Notes under the pieces: generated by a model | What the model was told of the DNA's origin: nothing | Databases searched by the model: none | The model's input: only the letters and a program-made list of their open reading frames with translations | Translations under genes and position numbers: made by a program | In this document: positions 10,670 to 22,554 of the stretch, piece by piece | Position numbering within the stretch: position 1 is the stretch's first letter | Layout of the letters: each line of letters opens with the position of its first letter | Source of the DNA: Eledone cirrhosa | Lineage: Eukaryota | Assembly: GCA_964016885.1 (NCBI GenBank) | Contig: OZ024744.1 | Coordinates: forward strand, 132,742,001 to 132,806,000 | Reading direction: 5' to 3' | Length of the DNA stretch: 64,000 bases

Positions 10670-13600
10670 AGTCGGAGTTAAGTTAAGTTGGGGTTAAGTT
10701 AAGTTAGGCTTAACTTAAGTTGGGGTTAAGTTAAGTTGGGGGTAAGTTAAGTTGGGGGTAAGTTAAGTTGGGGTTAAGTTAAGTTGGGGTTAAGATAAGT
10801 GGTGGTTATGTTAAGTTGAGGTTAAGTTAAGTTGGGGTTAAATTAAGTTGGGGTTAAGTTAAGTTGGGTGTAAGTTAAGTTGGGGTTGAGTGAAGTTGGG
10901 GTTAAGTTAAGCTGGGGTTAAGTAGAGTTGGGGTTAAGTTAAGTTGGGGTTAAGTTAAGTTGGTGTTAAGTTGGGGTTAAGTTAAGTTGGGGTTAAGTTA
11001 AGTTGGGGTTAAGTTGGGGTTAAGTTAAGTGGTGGTTATGTTAAGTTGGGGTTAACTTAAGTTGGGGTTAATTTAAATTGGGGTTAAATTAAGTTGGGGT
11101 TAATTTAAGTTGGGGTTAAGATAAGTTGGGGTTATGTTAAGTTGGGTTTAAGTTAAGTTAGGGTTAAGTTAAGTTGGGGTTGACTTAAGTTGGGGTTAAG
11201 TTAAGTTGGGGTTATGTTAAGTTGGGTTTAAGTTAAGTTGGGGTTAAGTTAAGTTGGGGTTAAGTTAAGTTGCGGTTAAGTTAAGTTGGGGTTAAGTTAA
11301 GTTGGGGTTCAGTTAAGTTGGGGTTAAGTTAAGTTGGGGTTAAGTTAAGTTGGGGTTAATTTAAGTTGGGGTTAAATTAAGTTGGGGTTAATTTAAGTTG
11401 GGGTTAAGATAAGTTGGGGTTAAGTTAAGTTGGGGTTAAATTAAGTTGGGGTTAAGTTAAGTTGGGGTTAATTTAAGTTGGGGTTAAGTTAAGTTGGGGT
11501 TAAGTTAAGTTGGGGGTAAGTTAAGTTGGGGGTAAGTTAAGTTGGGTGTAAGTTAAGATGGGGTTAAGTTAAGTTGGGGTTAAGTTATTTTGGGGTTAAG
11601 TTAAGTTGGGGGAAAGTTAAGTTGGTGGTAAGTTAAGTTGGGGGTAAGTTAAGATGGGGTTAAGTTAAGTTGGGTTAAGTTGGGGTTAAGTTAAGTTAGG
11701 GTTAAGTTAAGTTGGGGTTGAGTTAAGTTGGGGTTAAGTTAAGAGGTGGTTATGTTCAGTTGGGGTTAAGTTAAGTTGCGGTTAAGTTAAGTTGGGGTTA
11801 AGTTAAGTTGGAGTTAAGATAAGTTGGGGTTAAGTTAAGTTGGGGTTGAGTTAAGTTGGGGTTGAATTAATTTGGGGTTAAGTTAAGTTGGGGTTAACTT
11901 AATTTGGGTTTAAGTTAAGTTGGGGTTAAGTTAAGTTGGGGTTAAATTAAGTTGGGGTTAAGTTAAGTTGGGTGTACGTTAAGTTGGGGTTGACTGAAGT
12001 TGGGGTTAAGTTAAGTTGGGGTTAAGTAGAGTTGGGGTTAATTTAAGTTGGGGTTAAGTTAAGTTGGTGTTAAGTTGGGGTTAAGTTAAGTCGGGGTTAA
12101 GTTGGGGTTAAGTTAAATGGTGGTTATGTTAAGTTGGGGTTAAGTTAAGTTGGGGTTAATTTAAATTGGCGTTAAGTTAACTTTGTGGTTAAGTTAAGTT
12201 GGAGTTAAGTTAAGTTGGGGTTAAGTTAAGTTGGGGTTGAGTGAAGTTGGGGTTAAGTTAAGTTGGGGTTCAGTTAAGTTGGGGTTAAGTTAAGTTGGGG
12301 TTGAGTTAAGTTGGGGTTAATTTAAGTTGAGGTTATTTTAAGTTGGGGTTAAGTTAAGTTGGGGTTAAGTTAAGTTGGGGTTAATTTAAGTTGGGGTTAT
12401 TTAAGTTGGGGTTAAGTTAAGTTGGGGTTAAGTTAAGTTGGGTTTAAGTTAAGTTGGGGTTAAATTAAGTTGGGGTTAAATTAAAGTGGGGTTAAGTTAA
12501 GTTGGGGGTAAGTTAAGTTGGGGGCAAGTTAAGTTGGTGTTAAGTTAAGTTGGGGTTAAGTTAAGTTGGGGTTAAGTTAAGTTGTGTTTAAGTTAAGTTG
12601 GGACTAAGTTAAGTTAGGGCTAAGTTAAGTTGGGGTAAAGTTAAGTTGGGGCTAAGTTAAGTTGGGTATAAGTTGAGTTGGGGTTAAGTTAAGTTGGGGT
12701 TAAGTTAAGTTGGGGTTAATTTAAGTTGGGGATGTGTTAAGTTGGGGTTAAGTTAAGTTGGGGTTATATTAAGTTGGGGTTAAGTTAAGTTGGGGATAAG
12801 TTAAGTTGGGGTTAAGTTAAGTTGGGGTTAAGTTAAGTTGGGGGTAACTTAAGTTGGGGTTAATTTAAGTTGGGGTTAAGATAAGTTGGGGTTAAGTTAA
12901 GTGGTGGTTATGTTAAGTTGGGGTTAAGTTAAGTTGGGGTTAAGTTAAGTTGGGGTTAAGTTAAGTTGGGGTTAATTTAAGTTGGGGTTAAGTTAAGTTG
13001 GGGTTAAGTTAAGTTGGGGTTAAGTTAAGTTGGGGTTAAATTAAGTTGGGGTTAAGTTAAGTTGGGGTTCAGTTAATTTAGGGTTAAGTTAAGTTGGGGG
13101 TAAGTTAAGTTGGGGTTAAGTTAAGTTGGGTTAAGTTGGGGTTAAGTTAAGTTAGGGTTAAGTTAAGTTGGGGTTGAGTTAAGTGGTGGTTATGTTAAGT
13201 TGGGGTTAAGTTAAGTTGGGGTTAAGTTAAGTTGGGGTTAACTTAAGTTGGGTTTAAGTTAAGTTGGGGTTAAGTTAAGTTGGGGTTAAATTAAGTTGGG
13301 GTTAAGTTAAGTTGGGTGTACGTTAAGTTGGGGTTGACTGAAGTTGGGGTTAAGTTAAGTTGGGGTTAAGTTAAGTTAGGGTTAATTTAAGTTGGGGTTA
13401 TGTTAAGTTGGGGTTAAGTTAAGTTGGGGTTAAGTAGAGTTGGGGTTAATTTAAGTTGGGGTTAAGTTAAGTTGGTGTTAAGTTGGGGTTAATTTAAGTG
13501 GTGGTTATGTTAAGTTGGGGTTAAGTTAAGTTGGGGTTAATTTAAATTGGGGTTAAGTTAACTTTGTGGTTAAGTTAAGTTGGAGTTAAGTTAAGTTAGA

Positions 13601-16371
13601 GTTAAGTTAAGTTGGGGTTGAGTGAAGTTGGGGTTAAGTTAAGTTGGGGTTAAGTTAAGTTGGGGTTAACTTAAGTTGGGTTTGAGTTAAGTTGCGGTTA
13701 AGTTAAGTTGGGGTTAAGTTAAGTTGGGGTTAAGTTAAGTCGGGGTTAAGTTAAGTTGGGGTTGAGTTAAGTTGGGGTTAATTTAACGTGAGGTTATTTT
13801 AAGTTGGGGTTAAGTTAAGTTGGGGTTAAGTTAAGTTGGGGTTAAGTTAAGTTGGGGTTAATTTAAGTTGGGGCTAAGTTAAGTTGGGTATAAGTTGAGT
13901 TGGGGTTAAGTTAAGTTGGGGTTAAGTTAAGTTGGGGTTAAATTAAGTTGGGGTTAATTAAGTTGGGGTTAAGTTAAGTGGGGGTTAAGTTAAGTTGGGG
14001 TTAATTTAAGTTGGGGTTGTGTTAAGTTGGGGTTAAGTTAAGTTGGGGTTATATTAAGTTGGGGTTAAGTTAAGTTGGGGATAAGTTAAGTTGGGGTTAA
14101 GTTAAGTTGGGGTTAAGTTAAGTTGGGGGTAACTTAAGTTGGGGTTAATTTAAGTTGGGGTTAAGATAAGTTGGGGTTAAGTTAAGTGGTGGTTATGTTA
14201 AGTTGGGGTTAAGTTAAGTTGGGGTTAAGTTAAGTTGGGGTTAAATTAAGTTGGGGTTAATTTAAGTTGGGGTTAAGTTAAGTTGGGGTTAAGTTAAGTT
14301 GAGGGTAAGTTAAGTTGGGGGTAAGTTAAGTTGGGTGTAAGTTAAGATGGGGTTAAGTTAAGTTGGGGTTCAGTTAATTTAGGGTTAAGTTAAGTTGGGG
14401 GTAAGTTAAGTTGGGGTTAAGTTAAGTTGGGTTAAGTAGGGGTTAAGTTAAGTTAGGGTTAAGTTAAGTTGGGGTTGAGTTAAGTGGTGGTTATGTTAAG
14501 TTGGGGTTAAGTTAAGTTGGGGTTAAGTTAAGTTGGGGTTAACTTAAGTTGGGTTTAAGTTAAGTTGGGGTTAAGTTAAGTTGGGGTTAAATTAAGTTGG
14601 GGTTAAGTTAAGTTGGGTGTACGTTAAGTTGGGGTTGACTGAAGTTGGGGTTAAGTTAAGTTGGGGTTAAGTTAAGTTAGGGTTAATTTAAGTTGGGGTT
14701 ATGTTAAGTTGGGGTTAAGTTAAGTTGGGATTAAGTAGAGTTGGGGTTAATTTAAGTTGGGGTTAAGTTAAGTTGGTGTTAAGTTGGGGTTAAATTAAGT
14801 TGGGGTTAAGTTAAGTTGGGGTTAAGTTAAGTTGGGGTTAGGTTAAGTTGGGGATAAGTTAAGTTGGGGATAAGTTAAGTTGGGGTTAAGTTAAGTTGGG
14901 TTTAAGTTAAGTTGGGGTTAAGTTAAGTCGGGGTTTAATTAAGTTGGTGTTGAGTTAAGTTGGGGTTGAGTTAAGTTGGGCTTAAGTTAAGTTGGGGTTA
15001 AGTTAAGATGGGGTTAATTTAAGTTGGGGTTAAGTTAAGTTGGGGTTACATTAAGTTGGGGTTAAGTTAAGTTGGGGGTAAGGTAAGTTGGTGGTAAGTT
15101 AAGTTGGCGGTAAGTTAAGATGGGGTTAAGTTAAGTTGGGGTTAAGTTAAGTTAGGGTTAAGTTAAGTTGGGGTTGACTTAAGTTGGGGTTAAGTTAAGT
15201 TGGGGTTATGTTAAGTTGGGTTTAAGTTAAGTTGGGGTTAAGTTAAGTTGGGGTTAAGTTAAGTTGCGGTTAAGTTAAGTTGGGGTTAAGTTAAGTTGGG
15301 GTTAAGTTAAGTTGGGGTTAAGTTAAGTTGGGGTTAAGTTAAGTTGGGGTTAATTTAAGTTGGGGTTAAATTAAGTTGGGGTTAATTTAAGTTTGGGTTA
15401 AGATAAGTTGGGGTTAAGTTAAGTTGGGGTTAAATTAAGTTGGGGTTAAGTTAAGTTGGGGTTAATTTAAGTTGGGGTTTAGTTAAGTTGGGGTTAAGTT
15501 AAGTTGGGGGTAAGTTAAGATGGGGTTAAGTTAAGTTGGGGTTAAGTTATTTTGGGGTGAAGTTAAGTTGGGGGTAAGTTAAGTTGGTGGTAAGTTAAGT
15601 TGGGGGTAAGTTAAGTTGGGGTTAAGTTAAGTTGGGTTAAGTTGGGGTTAAGTTAAGTTAGGGTTAAGTTAAGTTGGGGTTGAGTTAAGTTGGGGTTAAG
15701 TTAAGAGGTGGTTATGTTCAGTTGGGGTTAAGTTAAGTTGGGGTTAAGTTAAGTTGGGGTTAAGTTAAGTTGGGGTTAAGATAAGTTGGGGTTAAGTTAA
15801 GTTGGGGGTAAGTTAAGATGGGGTTAAGTTAAGTTGGGGTTAAGTTATTTTGGGGTGAAGTTAAGTTGGGGGTAAGTTAAGTTGGTGGTAAGTTAAGTTG
15901 GGGGTAAGTTAAGTTGGGGTTAAGTTAAGTTGGGTTAAGTTGGGGTTAAGTTAAGTTAGGGTTAAGTTAAGTTGGGGTTGAGTTAAGTTGGGGTTAAGTT
16001 AAGAGGTGGTTATGTTCAGTTGGGGTTAAGTTAAGTTGGGGTTAAGTTAAGTTGGGGTTAAGTTAAGTTGGGGTTAAGATAAGTTGGGGTTGAGTTAATT
16101 TGGGGTTAAGTTAAGTTGGGGTTAACTTAATTTGGGTTTAAGTTAAGTTGGGGTTAAGTTAAGTTGGGGTTAAATTAAGTTGGGGTTAAGTTAAGTTGGG
16201 TGTACGTTAAGTTGGGGTTGACTGAAGTTGGGGTTAAGTTAAGTTGGGGTTAAGTTAAGTTAGGGTTAATTTAAGTTGGGGTTATGTTAAGTTGGGGTTA
16301 AGTTAAGTTGGGGTTAAGTAGAGTTGGGGTTAATTTAAGTTGGGGTTAAGTTAAGTTGGTGTTAAGTTGGG

Positions 16372-17103
16372 TTTTTTTTTATCTGATTTCAAATATTGAT
16401 TTTTTTAGCTTTTTCGACAAAATCTTATATAATCAATTTTTTTTAGGTTTTTCGAAAAAGAATGAATTTGAGTTCATAGTCGAAATATATACTTCTGCAT
16501 TAATCTTTTTACGTTTTCTTGATTTTTTTTAAAAAAACGTAAAAAATTAATGCTTTTACAAATCTTTTGAAATATTTACTTTCTAGTTTCAAATTTTGCA
16601 GATTAAATTTTTCTCGAAAAACCTAAAAAATCAGTTGTCGAAATCAGAAGTTAATATTTCGTAAAACGCAATTTGAAAAACTCATATTAATTTTTTTTCG
16701 AAAACTTATTATATAATCAATTTTTTTATACTTTTAGAAATATTTATATCTGATTTCAAATATTGATTTTTTTAGGTTTTTGGAAAACCCTATATAATCA
16801 ATTTTTTTGTACTTTTAGAAATATCTATATCTGATTTCATGTATTGATTTTTTTATATTTTTCGAAAAAGCTTAGATAATCAATTTTTTTAGGTCTTTCG
16901 AAAACCTTATATGATCAATTTTTTTTTAGGTTTTTCGAAAAAACCTTATATAATCAATTTTTTTTATGTTTTTTCGAAAAATCTTATATAATCAATTTTT
17001 TTACGTTTTTAGAAATATTTATATCTGATTTCAAATATTGATTTTTTTTAGATTTTTCGAAATACCTTATATAATCAATTTTTTTTAGGTTTTTCAAATT
17101 ACC
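16372..17103. repeat. AT-rich island 2 (~730 bp, one foldback core)
   Basis: Begins ttggtgttaagttggg|tttttttttatctgatttc, core marker at 16460, ends ggtttttcaaattacc. Confidence 0.93.
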
Positions 17104-17299
17104 CCGACTTAACTTAACCCCGACTTAACTTAACCCCAACTTAACTTAACCCCAACTTAACTTAACCCCAACTTAACTTAACCCCAACTTGACTTAACCC
17201 CAACTTAACTCACACCCAACTTAACTTACCCCCAACTTAACTTAACCCCAACTTGACTTAACCCCAACTTAACTTAACCCCAACTTAACTTAACCCCAA
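17099..17299 (-). repeat. Inverted satellite tract (island-associated)
   Basis: ttaccccgac ... ccccaaagtcggag. Confidence 0.95.
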
Positions 17300-17896
17300 A
17301 GTCGGAGTTAAGTTAAGTTGGGGTTAAGTTAAGTTGGGGGTAAATTAAGTTGGGGGTAAGTTAAGTTGGGGTTAAGTTAAGTTGGGGTTAAGTTGGGGTT
17401 AAGTTAAGTTGGGTATAAGTTAATTTGGGGTTGAGTGAAGTTGGGGTTAAGTTAAGTTGGGGTTAAGTTAAGTTAGGGTTAATTTAAGTTGGGGTTAAGT
17501 TAAGTTGGGGTTAACTTAAGTTGGGGTTAAGTTAAGTTGGGGTTAATTTAGGTTGGGGTTAAGTTAAGTTGGGGTTAAGATAAGTTGGGGTTAAGTTAAA
17601 TTGAGATTAAGTTAACTTGGGTTTGAGTTAAGTTGGGGATAAGTTAAGTTGGGGTTAAGTTAAGTTGGGGTTAATTTAAGTTGGGTTTAAGTTAAGTTGG
17701 GGCTGAGTTAAGTTGGGGTTAATTTAATTTGGGGTTAACTTAAGTTGGGGTTAAGTTAAGTTGGGGTTAATTTAGGTTGGGGTTAAGTTAAGTTGGGGTT
17801 AAGCTAAGTTGGAGTTAAGTTAAATTGAGGTTAAGTTAACTTGGGTTTGATTTAAGTTGGGGTTAAGTTAAGTTGGGGTTAGGTTAAGTTGGGGTT

Positions 17897-18128
17897 AACC
17901 CCAACTTAACTTAACCCCAACTTAACATAACCCCAACTTCACTCAACCCCAACTTAACTTAACCCCAACTTCACTCAACCCCAACTTAACTCAACCCCAA
18001 CTTAACTTAACCCCAACTTAACTTAACCCCAACTTAACTTAACCCTAACTTAACTTAACCCCGACTTAACGTAACCCCGACTTAACTTAACCCCAACTTA
18101 ACTTACCCCCAACTTAACTTAACCCCAA
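17897..18128 (-). repeat. Inverted satellite tract, type C (~232 bp)
   Basis: Palindromic start, diagnostic aacataacc and cgtaaccccg, ends aaagtcggag. Confidence 0.95.
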
Positions 18129-21100
18129 AGTCGGAGTTAAGTTAAGTTGGGGTTAAGGTAAGTTAGGCTTAACTTAAGTTGGGGTTAAGTTAAGTTGGGG
18201 GTAAGTTAAGTTGGGGTTAAGTTAAGTTGGGGTTAAGTTAAGTGGTGGTTATGTTAAGTTGGGGTTAAGTTAAGTTGGGGTTAAATTAAGTTGGGGTTAA
18301 GTTAAGTTGGGTGTAAGTTAAGTTGGGGTTGAGTGAAGTTGGGGTTAAGTTAAGTTGGGGTTAAGTAGAGTTGGGGTTAAGTTAAGTTGGGGTTAAGTTA
18401 AGTTGGTGTTAAGTTGGGGTTAAGTTAAGTTGGGGTTAAGTTAAGTTGGGGTTGAGTGAAGTTGGGGTTAAGTTAAGTTGGGGTTAAGTTAAGTTGGGGT
18501 TAACTGAAGTTGGGTTTAAGTTAAGTTGCGGTTAAGTTAAGTTGGGGTTAAGTTAAGTTGGGGTTAAGTTAAGTCGGGGTTAAGTTAAGTTGGGGTTGAG
18601 TTAAGTTGGGGTTATTTTAAGTTGAGGTTATGTTAAGTTGGGGTTAATTTAAGTTGGGGTTAAGTTAAGTTGGGGTTAATTTAAGTTGGGGTTAAGTTCA
18701 GTTGGGGTTAATTTAAGTTGGGGTTAAGTTAAGTTGGGTTTAAGTTAAGTTGGGGTTAAGTTAAGTTGGGGTTAAGTTAAGTTGGGTTTAAGTTGAGTTG
18801 GGGTTAAGTTAAGTTGGGGTTAAGTTAAGTTGAGGTTAAATTAAGTTGGGGTTAATTAAGTTGGGGTTAAGTTAAGTTGGGGTTAAGTTAAGTTGAGGTT
18901 AAGTTAACTTGGGGTTAAGTTAAGTTGGGGTTAAGTTAAGTTGGGGTTGAGTTAAGTTGGGGTTGAGTTAAGTTGGGGTTAAGTTAAGTTGGGGTTAAGT
19001 TAAGTTGGGGTTAAGTTAAGTTGGGGTTAATTTAAGTTCGGGTTAAGTTAAGTTCGGGGTAAGCTAAGTTGGGGTTAAGTTAAATTGTGTCTAAGTTAAG
19101 TGGGGGGTTAAGTTAAGTTGGGGTTGAGTTAAGTTGTGGTTAAGTTAACTTGGGGTTAAGTTAAGTTAAGTTTGAGTTAAGTTGGGGTTAATTTGGGGTT
19201 AAGTTAAGTTGGGGTTAAGTTAAGTTGAGGTTAAATTAAGTTGGGGTTAAGTTAAGTTGGGGTTAAGTTAAGTTGAGGTTAAGTTAACTTGGGGTTAAGT
19301 TAAGTTGGGGTTAAGTTAAGTTGGGGTTGAGTTAAGTTGGGGTTGAGTTAAGTTGGGGTTAAGTTAAGTTGGGGTTAAGTTAAGTTGGGGTTAAGTTAAG
19401 TTGGGTTTAAGTTGAGTTGGGGTTAAGTTAAGTTGGGGTTAAGTTAAGTCGAGGTTATATTAAGTTGGGGTTAATTAAGTTGGGGTTAAGTTAAGTTGGG
19501 GTTAAGTTAAGTTGAGGTTAAGTTAACTTGGGGTTAAGTTAAGTTGGGGTTAAGTTAAGTTGGGGTTGAGTTAAGTTGGGGTTGAGTTAAGTTGGGGTTA
19601 AGTTAAGTTGGGTTTAAGTTAAGTTGGGGTTAAGTTAAGTGGTGGTTATGTTAAGTTGGGGTTAAGTTAAGTTGGGGTTAAATTAAGTTGGGGTTAAGTT
19701 AAGTTGGGTGTAAGTTAAGTTGGGGTTGAGTGAAGTTGGGGTTAAGTTAAGTTGGGGTTAAGTAGAGTTGGGGTTAAGTTAAGTTGGGGTTAAGTTAAGT
19801 TGGTGTTAAGTTGGGGTTAATTTAAGTTGGGGTTAAGTTAATTTGGGGTTGAGTGAAGTTGGGGTTAAGTTATGTTGGGGTTAAGTTAAGTTGGGGTTAA
19901 CTTAAGTTGGGTTTAAGTTAAGTTGCGGTTAAGTTAAGTTGGGGTTAAGTTAAGTTGGGGTTAAGTTAAGTCGGGGTTAAGTTAAGTTGGGGTTGAGTTA
20001 AGTTGGGGTTATTTTAAGTTGGGGTTAAGTTAAGTTGGGGTTAATTTAAGTTGGGGTTAAGTTCAGTTGGAGTTAATTTAAGTTGGGGTTAAGTTAAGTT
20101 GGGTTTAAGTTAAGTTGGGGTTAAGTTAAGTTGGGGTTAAGTTAAGTTGGGTTTAAGTTAAGTTGGGGCTAAGTTAAGTTGGGTCTAAGTTGAGTTGGGG
20201 TTAAGTTAAGTTGGGGTTAAGTTAAGTTGAGGTTAAATTAAGTTGGGGTTAATTAAGTTGGGGTTAAGTTAAGTTGGGGTTAAGTTAAGTTGAGGTTAAG
20301 TTAACTTGGGGTTAAGTTAAGTTGGGGTTAAGTTAAGTTGGGGTTGAGTTAAGTTGGGGTTGAGTTGAGTTGGGGTTAAGTGAAGTTGGGGTTAAGTTAA
20401 GTTGGGGTTAAGTTAAGTTGGGGTTAATTTAAGTTCGGGTTAAGTTAAGTTCGGGGTAAGCTAAGTTGGGGTTAAGTTAAATTGGGTCTAAGTTAAGTGG
20501 GGGGTTAAGTTAAGTTGGGGTTGAGTTAAGTTGTGGTTAAGTTAACTTGGGGTTAAGTTAAGTTTAGTTTGAGTTAAGTTGGGGTTAAGTTGGGGTTAAG
20601 TTAAGTTGGGGTTAAGTTAAGTTGGGGTTAAGTTGAGGTTAAGTTAAGTTGTGGTTAAGTTAAGTTGGGGCTAAGTTAAGTTGGGGCTAATTTAAGTTGG
20701 GGCTAAGTTAAGTTGGGGTTAAGTTCAGTTGGGGTTAATTTAAGTTGGGGTTAGGTTAAGTTGGGGATAAGTTAAGTTGGGGATAAGTTAAGTTGGGGTT
20801 AAGTTAAGTTGGGTTTAAGTTAAGCTGGGGTTAAGTTAAGTTGGGGTTAAATTAAGTTGGGGTTAAGTTAAGTTTGGGTTAGGTTAAGTTGGGGATAAGT
20901 TAAGTTGGGGATAAGTTAAGTTGGGGTTAAGTTAAGTTGGGTTTAAGTTAAGTTGGGGTTAAGTTAAGTTGGGGTTAAGTTAAGTTGGGGTTAAGTTAAG
21001 TTGGGGTTAATTTAAGTTGGGGTTAAGCTAAGTTGGGGTTAAGTTAAGTTGGGTTTAAGTTAAGTTGGGGTTAAGTTAAGTTGGGGTTAAGTTAAGTTGG

Positions 21101-21295
21101 GGTTAGGTTAAGTTGGGGATAATTTAAGTTGGGGATAAGCTAAGTTGGGGTTAAGTTAAGTTGAGTTTAAGTTAAGTTGGGGTTAAGTTAAGTTGGGGTT
21201 AAATTAAGTTGGGGTTAAGTTAAGCTGGGGTTAAATTAAGTTGGGGTAATGTTAAGTTGGGGTTAAGTTAAGTTGGGGTTAGTTTAAGTGGGGTT

Positions 21296-21640
21296 AACCC
21301 CAACTTAACTTAACCCCAACTTAACTTAACCCCAACTTCACTCAACCCCAACTTAAATTAACCCCAACTTCACTCAACCCCAACTTAACTCAACCCCAAC
21401 TTAAATTAACCCCAACTTAACTTAACCCTGACTTAACTTAACCCCGACTTAACTTAACCCCGACTTAACTTAACCCCAACTTAACTTAAACCCCAACTTA
21501 ACTTAACCCCAACTTAACTTAACCCCAACTTGACTTAACCCCAACTTAACTCACACCCAACTTAACTTACCCCCAACTTAACTTAACCACAACTTGACTT
21601 AACCCCAATTTAACTTAACCCCAACTTAACTTAACCCCAA
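21296..21640 (-). repeat. Inverted satellite tract, type A
   Basis: Same junctions as the 6479 tract. Confidence 0.95.
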
Positions 21641-22257
21641 AGTCGGAGTTCAGTTAACTTGGGGTTCAGTTAAGTTAGGCTTAACTTAAGTTGGGGTTAA
21701 GTTAAGTTGGGGGTAAGTTAAGTTGGGGGTAAGTTAAGTTGGGGTTAAGTTAAGTTGGGGTTAAGTTAAGTTAGGGTTAAGTTAAGTTGGGGTTGAGTTA
21801 AGTTGGGGTTAAGTTAAGTGGTGGTTATGTTAAGTTGGGGTTAAGTTAAGTTGGGGTTAAATTAAGTGGGGTTAACTTAAGTTGGGTGTAAGTTAAGTTG
21901 GGGTTGAGTGAAGTTGGGGTTAAGTTAAGTTGGGGTTAAGTTAAGTTAAAGTTAATTTAAGTTGGGGTTATGTTAAGTTGGTGTTAAGTTAAGTTGGGGT
22001 TAAGTCGAGTTGGGGTTAAGTTAAGTTGGGGTTAAGTTAAATTGGTGTTAAGTTAAGTTGGGGTTAAGTTAAGTTGGGGTTAATTTAAGTTGGGGTTAAG
22101 TTAAGTTGGGGTTCACTTAAGTTGGGGTTAAGTTAAGTTGGGGTTAAGTTAAGTTGTGGTTAAGTTAAGTTGGGGTTAGGTTAAGTTGGGGTTAAGTTAA
22201 GCTGGGGTTAAATTAAGTTGGGCTTAAGTTAAGTTGGGGTTAGGTTAAGTTGGGGTT

Positions 22258-22554
22258 AACCCCAACTTAACTTAACCCCAACTTAACTTAACCCCAACTT
22301 CACTCAACCCCAACTTAACTTAACCCCAACTTCACTCAACCCCAACTTAACTCAACCCCAACTTAACTTAACCCCAACTTAACTTAACCCTAACTTAACT
22401 TAACCCCGACTTAAACTTAACCCCGACTTAACTTAACCCCAACTTAAATTAAACCCAACTTAACTTAACCCCATCTTAACTTAATCCCAACTTGACTTAA
22501 CCCCAACTTAACTCACACCCAACTTAACTTACCCCCAACTTAACTTAACCCCAA
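22258..22554 (-). repeat. Inverted satellite tract, type B
   Basis: Same junctions as the 7441 tract, 962 bp after the type A start. Confidence 0.95.

Larger units (their letters stand above)
6130..11840 (+). repeat. Higher-order tandem duplication, period 2932 bp
   Basis: Landmarks recur at +2932: inversion junctions 6479/9411 and 7441/10373, and the ttgga variant at 8880/11812. Confidence 0.9.

Noticed and set aside
16372-17103. AT islands as independent transposon insertions (for example piggyBac at TTAA)
   Set aside because: There is no TTAA or other TSD and no terminal inverted repeats. Identical flanks show co-amplification within larger blocks rather than separate insertions.
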